A stretch of 64,000 nucleotides of DNA from Candidatus Magasanikiibacteriota bacterium (GTDB lineage: Bacteria; Patescibacteriota; Patescibacteriia; Magasanikbacterales; GWA2-37-8), in assembly GCA_016189025.1 (NCBI GenBank), contig JACPGS010000029.1:15911-79910 (forward strand). The letters run 5' to 3'. A program made the translations under genes and the position numbers. Below, in pieces: positions 25,890 to 35,862 of this stretch; the first letter of the stretch is position 1; the number at the start of each line of letters is the position of its first letter. The notes under the pieces are model-generated. The model made no database searches and had not been told where the DNA came from. It saw only the letters and a program-made list of their open reading frames with translations.

Positions 25890-26633
25890 ATGACACAAAA
25901 CGGGTGTGAAGAGAGAATAATCATTGCCCTGGATGTTGCCACGGTGGCAGAGGCAGTTGCCCTTACCCAGGAATTGGCTCCCTGGGTCAGCCGTTTCAAG
26001 GTCGGCCTGGAGCTGTATTCGGTGGCGGGGCCCGAGGCGGTCAGGGCGGTTCAGGCAGCGGGTGCCGAAAAGGTATTTCTGGACCTCAAGCTCCACGATA
26101 TTCCCAATACCGTGCGGAACGCGGCGCGGGCGGCGGCCGCGCTCGGCGTGGAGTTCATCACTGTTCATGCCTCGGGCGGCGTGGAGATGATGCGGGCGGC
26201 GGTCGCGGGTGCCGCTGAAGGAGGGAGCGCCAAGATTCTCGCCGTTACGGTGCTCACTTCGCTTGGCGCTCACAGCGCCTACCATATTTACCGCCGGGAA
26301 ATAAGCGAGGCGGTGTGGCAGTTCGCGGTAGACGCCGGGCAGGCCGGTTGTTGGGGCATTATCTGTTCGCCGCAAGAGCTGGCATTTCTGCCAGAGCGCA
26401 TTCGGGGAGAGGCCGTAGGAGCCAGGGATGTCGCCACTCTCAAGTTCATCACGCCAGGGGTGCGCCCCGCCTGGGCGGCAGCCAATGATCAGCAGCGAGT
26501 GATGACCCCGGGAGAAGCGATCCGGCACGGCGCCTACGCCTTGGTGATCGGCCGGCCGATCACCCGTCCGCCGACGTCTATCGGTTCGCCGGTGGATGCG
26601 GCGCGGCGAATCATCAGCGAGCTCCCGGAATAG
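25890..26633 (+). CDS. pyrF: Orotidine-5'-phosphate decarboxylase
   Basis: IIIALD, KVGLEL, FLDLKLHDIPNTV, TVHASGG, TPGVR and VIGRPIT. Confidence 0.96.
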   Translation: MTQNGCEERIIIALDVATVAEAVALTQELAPWVSRFKVGLELYSVAGPEAVRAVQAAGAEKVFLDLKLHDIPNTVRNAARAAAALGVEFITVHASGGVEMMRAAVAGAAEGGSAKILAVTVLTSLGAHSAYHIYRREISEAVWQFAVDAGQAGCWGIICSPQELAFLPERIRGEAVGARDVATLKFITPGVRPAWAAANDQQRVMTPGEAIRHGAYALVIGRPITRPPTSIGSPVDAARRIISELPE

Positions 26634-26835
26634 GAGGCCCCGGCAAAACACCGGACAGGCTAGAGCGACCGAGGGGGCGCGCTCGCCTGTCCCCCCGATC
26701 TTTGTCAGTAATTATTTGTTCACAGAGATTGAGGCAGGAGGTGATTCTAGTTTTCTTCACCATTGACGCCGCCGTATTATTTTGATTGAATATAATCAGG
26801 CGTTTGACCAGGGTAAGCCTTAATTACATTAAAGT

Positions 26836-27408
26836 ATGTACCAAGCCAAAAATTTTGACCGCCTGCTCGGCACCCCCGGGTTTAGCGACCAGCTCTTGAA
26901 AAATCATTTTATCCTCTATCAAGGATATGTGACCAACTTTAACAAACTCAACGACATTTTAGTAGCAAGGGAAAAGGAGGGTAAATACGGCACTCCCGAA
27001 TACTCCGAACTCAACCGCCGCTTGGGGTGGGAGTTCAACGGCATGCGCCTCCATGAACTTTATTTTGGTAACATGACCAGAGCTGCCACGGCGCCGGGCG
27101 AGGCATTCAAAAATCGCCTCGCCCCAGAGTGGGGCTCCTACGAGTTGTTTGCCAAAGATTTTAAGGCGATGGGCGCCATGCGCGGCATCGGCTGGGTAAT
27201 TTTGTATCATGACAGAGAGGCCGACCGGCTCTTTAACGTCTGGATCAACGAACACGACGTCGGCCACTTTGCCGGCTGCACCCCGCTTTTGGTTTTGGAC
27301 GTTTTTGAGCACGCCTTTATGCTGGACTACGGCACCAAGCGGGCGGATTATATTGAAGCCTTCATGCAGGCAGTGGATTGGCAGGTGGTTACCAGCAGAT
27401 TAAGTTAG
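26836..27408 (+). CDS. Fe/Mn superoxide dismutase family protein
   Basis: NHFILYQGYV, LHELYF, GIGW and DVFEHAFMLDY. Confidence 0.9.
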   Translation: MYQAKNFDRLLGTPGFSDQLLKNHFILYQGYVTNFNKLNDILVAREKEGKYGTPEYSELNRRLGWEFNGMRLHELYFGNMTRAATAPGEAFKNRLAPEWGSYELFAKDFKAMGAMRGIGWVILYHDREADRLFNVWINEHDVGHFAGCTPLLVLDVFEHAFMLDYGTKRADYIEAFMQAVDWQVVTSRLS

Positions 27409-27423
27409 ACTATGATTTGCTTT

Positions 27424-27450
27424 AACCCCCCGACTAAGTCGGGGGGTTTT
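27424..27450. terminator. Intrinsic terminator
   Basis: AACCCCCCGACT-A-AGTCGGGGGGTT-TT. Confidence 0.75.
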
Positions 27451-27510
27451 AAGTAGTCGCTTTGATTGACGGCAGAGTTGTTTTTCGGTAAGCTAAAAGG
27501 AATTTACTTT

Positions 27511-28677
27511 ATGGCTAAACGAATAATGCGGTGGTATCTCGGGATCAGTTTATTTGTCCTCTGTTTTTTTGCGCGCGCCGCGGCAGTAACTCTGGAGACG
27601 GTGGCGGTGTGGGATGCCTTCGCCCCGGGTCAGCAAGTTGCCGGCAGAAAAATTTCTCCTAATGGCGGCTCGGCCAAAACCGATATTAGTCTCCCGAACG
27701 TTCGCCTGGCTGATAATCCCTACGAGCGGTTTTCCCAGGCAGTGGCCGAGGCTAAAATCGCTGACCCCTCGACCATCGCTCTGCAATTCTTTGGCGACGT
27801 GATGCTGGATCGCAACGTGGCCAAAGCCATGGGCGACCAGATGCTGGATTATATTTTCGCCCCCCTCGGCCCCACCCGTCGTTTATTCGGCAGCGCCGAT
27901 TTAACTATTGCTAATTTGGAGGGGCCATTTGCCGAAGCGCGGGTTAAAACCGGCAAAAGCATTGCCTTTCGGTTTGATCCAGTGTTTGCCACCGAATTGC
28001 GTTTCTACGGTTTTAACGCGGTGAATTTGGCCAATAATCATTTGTATGATATGGGCCGCGCCAACGTGGCGTTTACGCGCCAAACCTTGAAGAAAGCTGG
28101 CCTAGGCTATTTCGGCGATGAACTCCAGGAAGGGAAAGATTTTACTTGGATTACCGAGGTGGCCGGGCAGCCGGTCGCTTTTATTGGCTTGCATAATGTT
28201 TACCGCGACTTGAATATGACCAAAGTTAAGGCGGCGCTTAAAGACGCTAAAGAGCGGGCGCGTTACGTTATCATCAATATCCACTGGGGCGATGAGTACC
28301 AAAGAATTTCTAACGCCAAGCAACGCGCCCTGGCGCGCCAGCTGATTGACCTCGGCGCCGACGCTGTCATCGGCCACCATCCCCACGTCATTCAGGAAAT
28401 GGAAATTTATCAGGGCAAACCAATTTTTTACTCGCTTGGCAATTTTATTTTTGACCAGTATTTTTCCGAAGATACTCAGGAAGGGCTAAGTGCGGCATTG
28501 ATTCTGCAGGGAGGCAGCGTGAAAGATGTATATGTGTTACCCTTTTACGGAATTAAGTCGCAGGTATATGTGATGGCCGGCGAGCGGCGGGAGAAGCTGT
28601 TGAGCTGGTTTAGTAAGAATAGCAGATTAGGGAAGAGGAGCATTGAAGATGGCCGTCTGTCATTCCGAGCGCAGTGA
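27511..28677 (+). CDS. CapA family metallophosphoesterase-fold protein
   Basis: GDVMLDR, ANLEGP, NLANNH, IHWG, IGHHPHV and YSLGNFIFDQ. Confidence 0.92.
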   Translation: MAKRIMRWYLGISLFVLCFFARAAAVTLETVAVWDAFAPGQQVAGRKISPNGGSAKTDISLPNVRLADNPYERFSQAVAEAKIADPSTIALQFFGDVMLDRNVAKAMGDQMLDYIFAPLGPTRRLFGSADLTIANLEGPFAEARVKTGKSIAFRFDPVFATELRFYGFNAVNLANNHLYDMGRANVAFTRQTLKKAGLGYFGDELQEGKDFTWITEVAGQPVAFIGLHNVYRDLNMTKVKAALKDAKERARYVIINIHWGDEYQRISNAKQRALARQLIDLGADAVIGHHPHVIQEMEIYQGKPIFYSLGNFIFDQYFSEDTQEGLSAALILQGGSVKDVYVLPFYGIKSQVYVMAGERREKLLSWFSKNSRLGKRSIEDGRLSFRAQ

Positions 28678-28717
28678 ATTCCGCTTCCAGCGGGATGAAC
28701 GGAGTCAAGGAATCCCT
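28658..28717 (+). repeat. REP-like GTCATTCCGAG...GAATCCC element
   Basis: Same termini as 44547-44585 (inverted) and 57603-57652; overlaps the CapA 3' end. Confidence 0.6.
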
Positions 28718-28730
28718 TAAGTTTTTCACT

Positions 28731-29450
28731 ATGTCTGGCCACTCAAAATGGCACAATATCCAAATTAGGAAAGGCAAACAAGATGCCAAAAAGGCTAATA
28801 TTTTTACCAAAGGCGCTAAGCTGATTACGGTGGCGGCGCAAAAGGGCGGCGACCCGGCGATGAATTTTTCCCTGCGCCTGGCGATGGATAAAGCCCGCGC
28901 TGCCGGCCTGCCCAAGGAAAACATTGAACGCGCTCTTAAGCGCGGCACGGGTGAGCTCGCGGGAGCGGCGCGAATGGAAGAGATATACTACGAAGCGTAT
29001 GGCCCCGGCGGGGTGGCAATTCTTATTAAAGCGCTGACGGACAACAAAAATCGTACCGTGTCGGACTTAAAACATATTCTCTCGGTAAGTGGCGGTTCTC
29101 TAGGCAATCCGGGGAGCGTAGCGTGGATGTTTGAGCAGGTGGGAGTAATAATAATCAGTAAACAGACAACAGTAAACCGAGACGAATTAGAGCTGGCTCT
29201 GATTGAAGCCGGAGCGGAAGATATTAGTGATACCGAAGAGGAAGTTGAGATTAAGACCAAGATTGAGAATTTGCCGAAGGTTTTGGCCAAGCTCAAAGAG
29301 CTGAATGTTGAGGTTAAAGATTCCCGCTTCCGGTGGATCGCCAAAGACCGCCTGGAGCCGTCCCCGGAACACGAGGATAAGCTGGCGGCGCTTTTTGCCG
29401 AACTAGAAGCGCACGACGACGTGGAGGATTATTATACGAATGCGGAGTAA
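28731..29450 (+). CDS. yebC: YebC/PmpR family protein
   Basis: MSGHSKWHNI, YEAYGPGG, TDNKNRT and DDVEDYYTN. Confidence 0.96.
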   Translation: MSGHSKWHNIQIRKGKQDAKKANIFTKGAKLITVAAQKGGDPAMNFSLRLAMDKARAAGLPKENIERALKRGTGELAGAARMEEIYYEAYGPGGVAILIKALTDNKNRTVSDLKHILSVSGGSLGNPGSVAWMFEQVGVIIISKQTTVNRDELELALIEAGAEDISDTEEEVEIKTKIENLPKVLAKLKELNVEVKDSRFRWIAKDRLEPSPEHEDKLAALFAELEAHDDVEDYYTNAE

Positions 29451-29451
29451 T

Positions 29452-30084
29452 ATGTCCCAATCCATTATGTCCTCCCACCAGCCGTCGTTTACCGAATGGT
29501 TTGCGGCGATTGGGGATGAGGAGAAAGCGGCGGCGGTGATGCAAAATATTATCGGCAAATTGAAAGTGGCAGAGACGGCTGTTCGTGAAGCAGTGGCCAG
29601 GCAGTTGCAAACCGAATTTTATAAAGAATACTTAGCCGGTTATTTTGAAGCAACGGTTTTAGATACGAGCGAAGCCTTTTTTATTGATTACAATCGACTG
29701 CTTGGGCAGATGGTGGCATCAGCTAATTTTTCACTACCGTCTGTTAGCGTTGGTCAGGATGTCATCATGCGCGGCGCCACGGCATTTCCTGGCAAAGTAG
29801 TAGGACGGGTGTGCCTAGTGGACGTCGAAAAAAATGCTAAGGTTGACTTTCACGACGGCGACATTCTCGTTTGTGCCAATACCGACGTTCGCTACCTCCC
29901 CTACATGCGCCGGGCGGGAGCAATCGTTACCGACCGTGGCAGTATTTTAAGCCACGCCGCCATTGTCGCTCGCGAGCTGAAAAAGCCCTGTATCGTAAAC
30001 ACGCGCGAAGCAACGAGCGTATTAAAAACAGGGGAGATGGTGGAAGTGGATGCGGTGAGAGGTATTATTAAAAAACCCGAGTAG
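29452..30084 (+). CDS. PEP-utilising enzyme mobile (swivelling His) domain protein
   Basis: GDILVC, AIVTDRGSILSHAAIVARELKKPCIV and VEVDA. Confidence 0.8.
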   Translation: MSQSIMSSHQPSFTEWFAAIGDEEKAAAVMQNIIGKLKVAETAVREAVARQLQTEFYKEYLAGYFEATVLDTSEAFFIDYNRLLGQMVASANFSLPSVSVGQDVIMRGATAFPGKVVGRVCLVDVEKNAKVDFHDGDILVCANTDVRYLPYMRRAGAIVTDRGSILSHAAIVARELKKPCIVNTREATSVLKTGEMVEVDAVRGIIKKPE

Positions 30085-30087
30085 TAT

Positions 30088-30126
30088 TTGACATCTTATT
30101 TAGGATATGATACGATTTCATCGTAT
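30088..30126 (+). promoter_or_regulatory. Promoter with inverted-repeat operator for the AbiE-like pair
   Basis: TTGACA (30088-30093), 17-bp spacer, TACGAT (30111-30116). IR ATACGAT-TTC-ATCGTAT at 30110-30126. Confidence 0.7.
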
Positions 30127-30128
30127 TT

Positions 30129-30749
30129 ATGAAATATAGAGAAATACTCATCAGTCAGCTCAAATCTTTGCCTTATTTTAGCAAAGAAACGGTCGTATTG
30201 CTTAGCAAACAGTACGATCTGAAGCCCGCTACAGTTGATTCCTACATCAGCCGCTCTTTGGCGCGCAAAGATTTTATTGCCTTTAAAAATGGATTGTATG
30301 TTACGGCTGATTTTTATTACCAGAACGCCGGAGATATCTCGTACACATTTTATTTGGCCAATATAATGTGTCCGCCTTCGTACGTAAGCTCCTGGTCAGC
30401 TCTGCAGTACTATGAACTCGCCACCGAGGCCATTGGCACGGTAACGTCGGTAACGGCCAAAATTACCAGGATCCATAACAATCGGGCCGGGAGTTTTTCC
30501 TATCAGTTTATTAAAAAAAATTTATTTTCCGATTTTACCCTGATCCGGGGGAAGTTCGATTTTTTTATTGCCACGCCCGCTAAAGCGCTGTTTGATCTTA
30601 TCTATTTTAAAACTCACGCGTTCCGCGGCATCCGCGACATCGCCGCCGTAGATGGGATGATTGACAGTTTGCGCATTGATATTGCCGAAATGGAAACAAA
30701 AGAGCGCGATGCCTTTTATACAAAAGTAAAAAAATATTTGAGCATATGA
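30129..30749 (+). CDS. AbiEi-like type IV TA antitoxin
   Basis: KNGLYV, PSYVSSWSALQYY, VTSVT and IATPAKALFDLIY. Confidence 0.82.
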   Translation: MKYREILISQLKSLPYFSKETVVLLSKQYDLKPATVDSYISRSLARKDFIAFKNGLYVTADFYYQNAGDISYTFYLANIMCPPSYVSSWSALQYYELATEAIGTVTSVTAKITRIHNNRAGSFSYQFIKKNLFSDFTLIRGKFDFFIATPAKALFDLIYFKTHAFRGIRDIAAVDGMIDSLRIDIAEMETKERDAFYTKVKKYLSI

Positions 30750-32029
30750 CCGCGACGAATCAGCTTTTTATTGCGCTTAAAACTAAGCTGGACAGTCTGT
30801 CGGCCTATGGTCCGGTGGATGCCGCAGTTAAGCGCAATATTCTGAAAGAAGAATTGCAGTATTATGTTTTGAATTTCCTCTACCACCATTCCGATTATAG
30901 TCAGTGGATTATGTACGGCGGTTCGGCCCTGCGGATTTGCCACGGGCTAAACAGGATGTCGGTAGATTTGGATTTTGAAATTCCGCAGCCGTGCGACGAC
31001 GCGTTTTTGCAGACGCTCGCCAACAGATTGTTGGACTATTTTAAAAATACTTATGCGGTGGAATCAGATTTTTTAACGATTAAAATTACCCGTCGGCGCG
31101 GGTTGACGCTTAAATTTATTGTCGGCGGGGTATTTGATACCGGTCATCCTTCCCCGCAGATACATGTTAAAATTGATCTGAATCATTTTGTGTCTAAAAA
31201 GCTGGTAATTGAGCGAATTCCTATCAATCACGACCAGCTGGCTTTTGTCATTACCACTTACAATATGTCGGCGCTGATGGCCAGTAAAATGGCGGCCATT
31301 TTTTCGCGGTCAAAGCGCGGCGTGGATAAAGAAATTTATGATGAAAAAGGCCGGGATATTTATGACTTGTTATGGTATATGGAAAAAAGAATTATACCCG
31401 ACTTAGATTATTTGAAAGAGAAAGTCCCAGAGATTGCCGATTTCAGGATAATGTTTGACCGGTTGACTGTAAAAATGAATACGGTAAGCGAAAAAAACCT
31501 GCGCGACGATTTAACGCCGCTGTTTGTGGAGCAGTCTTTTATTCAGAATTGGTTAATGAGCTGGCGCAGCAACTTTTTACGGTTAGTAAGGTCTTACGAC
31601 ATTAGAACGATCATAAAATTAGAAAAAATAAGCATCGGTAAAGAATTTCGTGCCGATAATTTTTTCTTTCATTTTATATACGCCACAGATAATGGACGCT
31701 TAACCACTATTAGTTGCTCGATTAGTGATTATTGGTTTTCCTTTCGCGAAGGCGACCTGACCGATTTAATCGCTCCGGTGAATGAAGAAATATTATCGCT
31801 GGTGGAGCACGTGTCCCAGGTGCAGATGAATGACAGAACCAAACAGTACATTGCTTTATTCTATAAAAAAGCAGAGGAATATCTTAAAAAAACGCACAAC
31901 GTTATTTTGGGTGATCGGCTTACCACCAAAACAATTCGGATGACTGCCGATAAGCTGAACCAGGGGGAACAAATAGTATTGAATAAATCGGCCTTACTTT
32001 CGTGCGAGCTGGAGGATTTGTTAAAGTAA
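30746..32029 (+). CDS. AbiEii nucleotidyltransferase toxin with long C-terminal extension
   Basis: LKEELQ, MYGGSALRICHGLNRMSVDLDF, ASKMAA and KGRDIYDLLWY; ATGA overlap with the antitoxin. Confidence 0.87.
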   Translation: MTATNQLFIALKTKLDSLSAYGPVDAAVKRNILKEELQYYVLNFLYHHSDYSQWIMYGGSALRICHGLNRMSVDLDFEIPQPCDDAFLQTLANRLLDYFKNTYAVESDFLTIKITRRRGLTLKFIVGGVFDTGHPSPQIHVKIDLNHFVSKKLVIERIPINHDQLAFVITTYNMSALMASKMAAIFSRSKRGVDKEIYDEKGRDIYDLLWYMEKRIIPDLDYLKEKVPEIADFRIMFDRLTVKMNTVSEKNLRDDLTPLFVEQSFIQNWLMSWRSNFLRLVRSYDIRTIIKLEKISIGKEFRADNFFFHFIYATDNGRLTTISCSISDYWFSFREGDLTDLIAPVNEEILSLVEHVSQVQMNDRTKQYIALFYKKAEEYLKKTHNVILGDRLTTKTIRMTADKLNQGEQIVLNKSALLSCELEDLLK

Positions 32030-32035
32030 ATTATT

Positions 32036-32551
32036 ATGCAGCGCATCCTCGGCATTGATCCCGGCTTTGGGCGGATGGGCTATGGGGTGATAGAGAAAAA
32101 AGATAATGACTGGCGAGCGGTGGCATACGGTTGTCTGGAAACGTCGGTAAAAAAATCCTTCGTTGAGCGCCTGGCCGAAGTGCATGCCGCCGTCGGCAAA
32201 CTTATTAAAGAATACCAGCCCGGGCGCCTGGCCGTGGAGGAATTGTTTTTTTTCAAAAACGCCAAGACTGCCATGGCGGTGGCGCAGGCGCGAGGGGTGA
32301 TCATTTTGACAGCAGTAGAAAACGGCTTGCCGGTGGACGAGTTTACTCCGTTACAGGTAAAACAAGCCATGACCGGCTATGGCCGGGCCGAGAAGAGGCA
32401 GCTGCAGAAGCTAGTGGCGCTGCTCCTCGGCATTACAGGCAAGATAAAATCCGACGATGCCGCCGATGCCCTGGCCGTGGCGCTCACCGCGGGGCAGAGC
32501 TTATGGGCAAAAAATTATCAGGATATTGGAACAAACGAAAAAAAGTGCTAA
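32036..32551 (+). CDS. ruvC: Holliday junction resolvase RuvC
   Basis: ILGIDPG, AVEELFF, VAQARGV, TGYGRAEK and DDAADALAVA. Confidence 0.97.
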   Translation: MQRILGIDPGFGRMGYGVIEKKDNDWRAVAYGCLETSVKKSFVERLAEVHAAVGKLIKEYQPGRLAVEELFFFKNAKTAMAVAQARGVIILTAVENGLPVDEFTPLQVKQAMTGYGRAEKRQLQKLVALLLGITGKIKSDDAADALAVALTAGQSLWAKNYQDIGTNEKKC

Positions 32552-32562
32552 GATATTCTGGT

Positions 32563-33276
32563 ATGCAATCTACCCTTGCCCTCTTCCGCCGCCTCTACAA
32601 CACGCTGCCACCTTTAATCCCCGAGGCGACTAAACAAAAAATGGCGCACGCAGTGCAGCACCTGGAAGCCGACCCCACGGTGTCGCTTGCCGAAGTAGAA
32701 GACACGATGATTGCGTTTGGCCAGGAAGTATGGCCCTGGAGCCAGGCTTACCGCGAATTTCTGGCGCTGGCCGAGGCGCGGGTAGGCGAACATTTTTTAC
32801 TGCCTAAATTGTCGCCGGCGCTGCAGCATAAATATCATGAATTCCGGTTGTACGGCGGCACGCTCCGCGATTTACATTCGGGTCGTCCCGCCGAGTGGTT
32901 TACGGCCGAGGAACGGGGGGAGCTGTGCGGCGCGCTCGTTGCGGTGCAGCAGGAATTGCGCGAATATGTTAATCGCGCCCTGGTGGGGCTGGAGAAAACC
33001 CGGTATCTGCGCCGCGTTAATGAGTTTACGGAAATTCTTAAATCAATCCGCGGGCAGCTGCAGGCGCTGAACGTACTGGCGGCCTCCGAGCAGCAGCATC
33101 CGACCTTGGCGAGCGAAATCCGCGCCCAGGTGCGGGCGTTTGAGCTGGGGTTATGCTTGTTGGCGCCCGAGCCCGACCATGGCGCGGTCTGCCGCTCGGT
33201 GGATTTCTTTAACAGCCGTCGCGAACATCTGCAGCGCTTAACTACCTTGGGGGTGTTTGCCCCGGCGGGCAATTGA
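32563..33276 (+). CDS. Hypothetical helical protein
   Basis: Long ORF in operon orientation; no recognised motif. Confidence 0.6.
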   Translation: MQSTLALFRRLYNTLPPLIPEATKQKMAHAVQHLEADPTVSLAEVEDTMIAFGQEVWPWSQAYREFLALAEARVGEHFLLPKLSPALQHKYHEFRLYGGTLRDLHSGRPAEWFTAEERGELCGALVAVQQELREYVNRALVGLEKTRYLRRVNEFTEILKSIRGQLQALNVLAASEQQHPTLASEIRAQVRAFELGLCLLAPEPDHGAVCRSVDFFNSRREHLQRLTTLGVFAPAGN

Positions 33277-33316
33277 CGATTCACCACCGGCGGTATATCT
33301 TAATCAGCATTATAAT

Positions 33317-33496
33317 GAGACTATAGAAGAATAGAACAACCAGCCAGCATCAGGTCGCGACCGATGAGTTCTCTTTTGGCGCGCAACTTTAGTGAGCACC
33401 AAAAGAGTGTCGGTCGCGACCAACCAGGCAGTTTTCCGCAATAGCGATAGCGACCAGGTTAAAAATGTGGTATAGCCAGCATTCTTTTCCAGTCTT
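33317..33496 (-). mobile_element. MITE-like structured repeat, copy 2 (inverted, diverged)
   Basis: GAGACTATAGAAGAAT...ATTCTTTTCCAGTCTT. The reverse complement contains CCTGGTCGCTATCGCTATTGC and CCTGGTTGGTCGCG, shared with copy 1. Confidence 0.7.
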
Positions 33497-33521
33497 AATT
33501 TATTACTCAACAGCATCAGTT

Positions 33522-34892
33522 GTGTCCAAAAAGAACTTCAAAAAATTCTGGAAACTGGGCCGCCGGGATTTTAGCACCGAACATTTTGACATTAACCCCG
33601 ACGGCGAGCTCGTCATCCGCGAAGGCAACTATCAGTATAATGTTTTGGATTTGGTGCGCAAATTCGGCTCGCCCACTGAAGTTTTTTTGCCTTTTGTGCT
33701 GGAGGAGCGCCTGGAGCGCCTGTTCGACGTGGCCGAGCAAGAGATGAAGCGCCATCATTATCGCGGCAAGTTTTTTTATCACTACCCGATGAAGGTGAAC
33801 CAGAACCGGGAATTCGTACTGCCCTTAGTTTCCGAAGGGGCGCACTTGGAAGTGGGTTCACCCAACGAGCTGTGGCTGGTGAAAAAGCTTTGGGAGGGAG
33901 AAAATTTCCACGCTAAAATCCGGGTGCTCTGCAACGGCCCCAAAACGCCGCGCTACATTAACCTCATCACCGGCCTGCAATCCCAGGGGCTGGCGATTGT
34001 GCCGATTATTGAAGATGCCGAAGAATTGCGTTTGTTAAAAGATTTTCGCGGCGAACTGGGCGTGCGCATTAATCTGCAGTCAAAAGTGCAGTCGCACTGG
34101 GACAAAAAGATTGATCGCTTCGGCTTGTTGGAGGAGGAAATTTTAAGTTTGGGAAAAATTCGCAACCTCAAAATTCTCCATTATCACATTGGCTCACAGG
34201 TAGAACGCGAGAACGACCTATTGGCGGTGCTGAAAGAAGCGTTGCGCGCTTATGTCAAGGTGCGCGCGCAAAACCCTTCGCTTGATACCCTGGACGTCGG
34301 CGGGGGGTTTGCCGTGCCCTACGAGAAAAAGCCGATGTATACCGTGGAGTCGGTGTTGCGGCGAATGTTTTCGGCGCTGGCAAACGCCTCGGCCGCGGCC
34401 GGCATCCCGCACCCCAATTTGATTGTGGAATGGGGCCGGCACCTGGCCGCGCCAGCGCAAATTTCGGTTTTTAAAGTAGTGGCCACCAAGGTAATCCCTA
34501 AAGGCATTGCTAAGTTCTGGTACGTGATTGATGGGAGTTTCATGACGGATTTGCTGGATACCTGGTCGATCCATCAAAAGTGGCATATTGTTCCGGTTGG
34601 CCACGCGGGCGCGGAAAAACGCCACCGCGTTTGGCTGGGCGGTTTGACCTGCGATTCCGACGACAAATACGCTGATGCCGAAGGATATGTGCTCTTGCCC
34701 CGGATAGAGGATTTGGGGCCAGGCGAGGATTTGTACTTGGCGATTTTTGACACCGGCGCCTACCAGGATTCCTTTGCCATGCATCATTGCCTGATTTCTA
34801 GTCCGGCCAAGATTGTGCTGCAGAATGGCCTGGTTACCATGGCGCGCAAGCGCGAATCGCCGGAAGAGATCGGCAAGATGTTTGGGTGGTAG
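33522..34892 (+). CDS. speA: PLP-dependent arginine decarboxylase (alanine-racemase fold)
   Basis: YPMKVNQ, HYHIGSQ, DVGGG, EWGR, TCDSDD and GAYQD; clustered with agmatinase. Confidence 0.82.
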   Translation: MSKKNFKKFWKLGRRDFSTEHFDINPDGELVIREGNYQYNVLDLVRKFGSPTEVFLPFVLEERLERLFDVAEQEMKRHHYRGKFFYHYPMKVNQNREFVLPLVSEGAHLEVGSPNELWLVKKLWEGENFHAKIRVLCNGPKTPRYINLITGLQSQGLAIVPIIEDAEELRLLKDFRGELGVRINLQSKVQSHWDKKIDRFGLLEEEILSLGKIRNLKILHYHIGSQVERENDLLAVLKEALRAYVKVRAQNPSLDTLDVGGGFAVPYEKKPMYTVESVLRRMFSALANASAAAGIPHPNLIVEWGRHLAAPAQISVFKVVATKVIPKGIAKFWYVIDGSFMTDLLDTWSIHQKWHIVPVGHAGAEKRHRVWLGGLTCDSDDKYADAEGYVLLPRIEDLGPGEDLYLAIFDTGAYQDSFAMHHCLISSPAKIVLQNGLVTMARKRESPEEIGKMFGW

Positions 34893-34954
34893 AGGCGCAG
34901 CTGGTAGCTGGTAGGAAGTAGCTGGTAGGCGAACGGCAAAAATTTGTATGCTAT

Positions 34955-35839
34955 ATGATTTTAACTTTAAAGAATAACCCGGGGGCGGCTCTTTTTGGGC
35001 TGGCGTTGAGTTTGATTTTGGCTTCAACTGCCGCAGCGCAAACAAATGTTTCAGGTAGTGGAGTAGGCAGGTCTAAAGTACCGGTGAGCCAGGCCGGTGA
35101 AACGTGCTATACCAATACAAAAGCCAGTGCTGTTAAGAACAGCCGGATATCGGTATTAACCTACATGCAAAGTGCGGCGAAAAATTCTAAAGACGTACAG
35201 CCGTATTTGGAATCTTGGCGAAAAATGTTTTTATTAAAAAACCGCATGAGCAATACATATTTTAAAGAACATGTTATTTACCCAACCTTTGTGAGGAAAG
35301 AACAGAAAAAAGTGAAGGGGGCGGATTATGTGGTGTTTAGAGTATTTTTACAGCTTAAGTTTGGCGACTATTATATAAGCGAAGTGCACCCGAAAGATGA
35401 CAGGATTTCATTATTAACAGGTACCGGCAAAGAGAAACGGAATGAGTTTGTTAACAGCAACGAATTTTTGGTCCGGATGGTTAAAGGCAAACCGCTGCCC
35501 GCCGCGCTTGTCCTGCAGAGGTATAAAGCGCGCTATATTGCCAAGACTCTTAAACCCGGCCATAAAAATTATGATGATGTAATCGCTAATGTTGGTAGTA
35601 TCAGAATTAATGGTAAATTGCCAGCGGTGTTGGCAGGTTGTGGAATGGCCATCGAGAGCGCTCTGGATTGCCCCGGTATACAGTATTTGCCTGCTTTAAC
35701 TTATGACGCACGGAATAATAAAGTAGCGTTGTTAGGGAGCGGAGAAAATGGTGATCAATGCTATTCGTCAGAAGTTAATTTAATCACGGGCAAGGCAGCG
35801 TGCCAGGGGCCGTTTGCTTGTATGAAAATTGGTTTGTAA
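34955..35839 (+). CDS. Secreted hypothetical protein, Cys-containing, AT-rich
   Basis: Signal peptide ending AAAQ; no family recognised. Confidence 0.6.
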   Translation: MILTLKNNPGAALFGLALSLILASTAAAQTNVSGSGVGRSKVPVSQAGETCYTNTKASAVKNSRISVLTYMQSAAKNSKDVQPYLESWRKMFLLKNRMSNTYFKEHVIYPTFVRKEQKKVKGADYVVFRVFLQLKFGDYYISEVHPKDDRISLLTGTGKEKRNEFVNSNEFLVRMVKGKPLPAALVLQRYKARYIAKTLKPGHKNYDDVIANVGSIRINGKLPAVLAGCGMAIESALDCPGIQYLPALTYDARNNKVALLGSGENGDQCYSSEVNLITGKAACQGPFACMKIGL

Positions 35840-35862
35840 GCAAGTAGGTTTTGCAATTGTTT

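Noticed and set aside
33465-33521. Longer speA N-terminus from ATG 33465 (likewise the DOT1-like gene from GTG 8368)
   Set aside because: These starts lie inside MITE-like repeat copies.
34893-34930. Short 7-9-mer tandem repeats (AGCTGGT here; similar runs at about 4848-4884, 21288-21313, 54406-54437 and 62490-62518)
   Set aside because: Short, degenerate low-complexity runs with no spacer structure and no supportable function.
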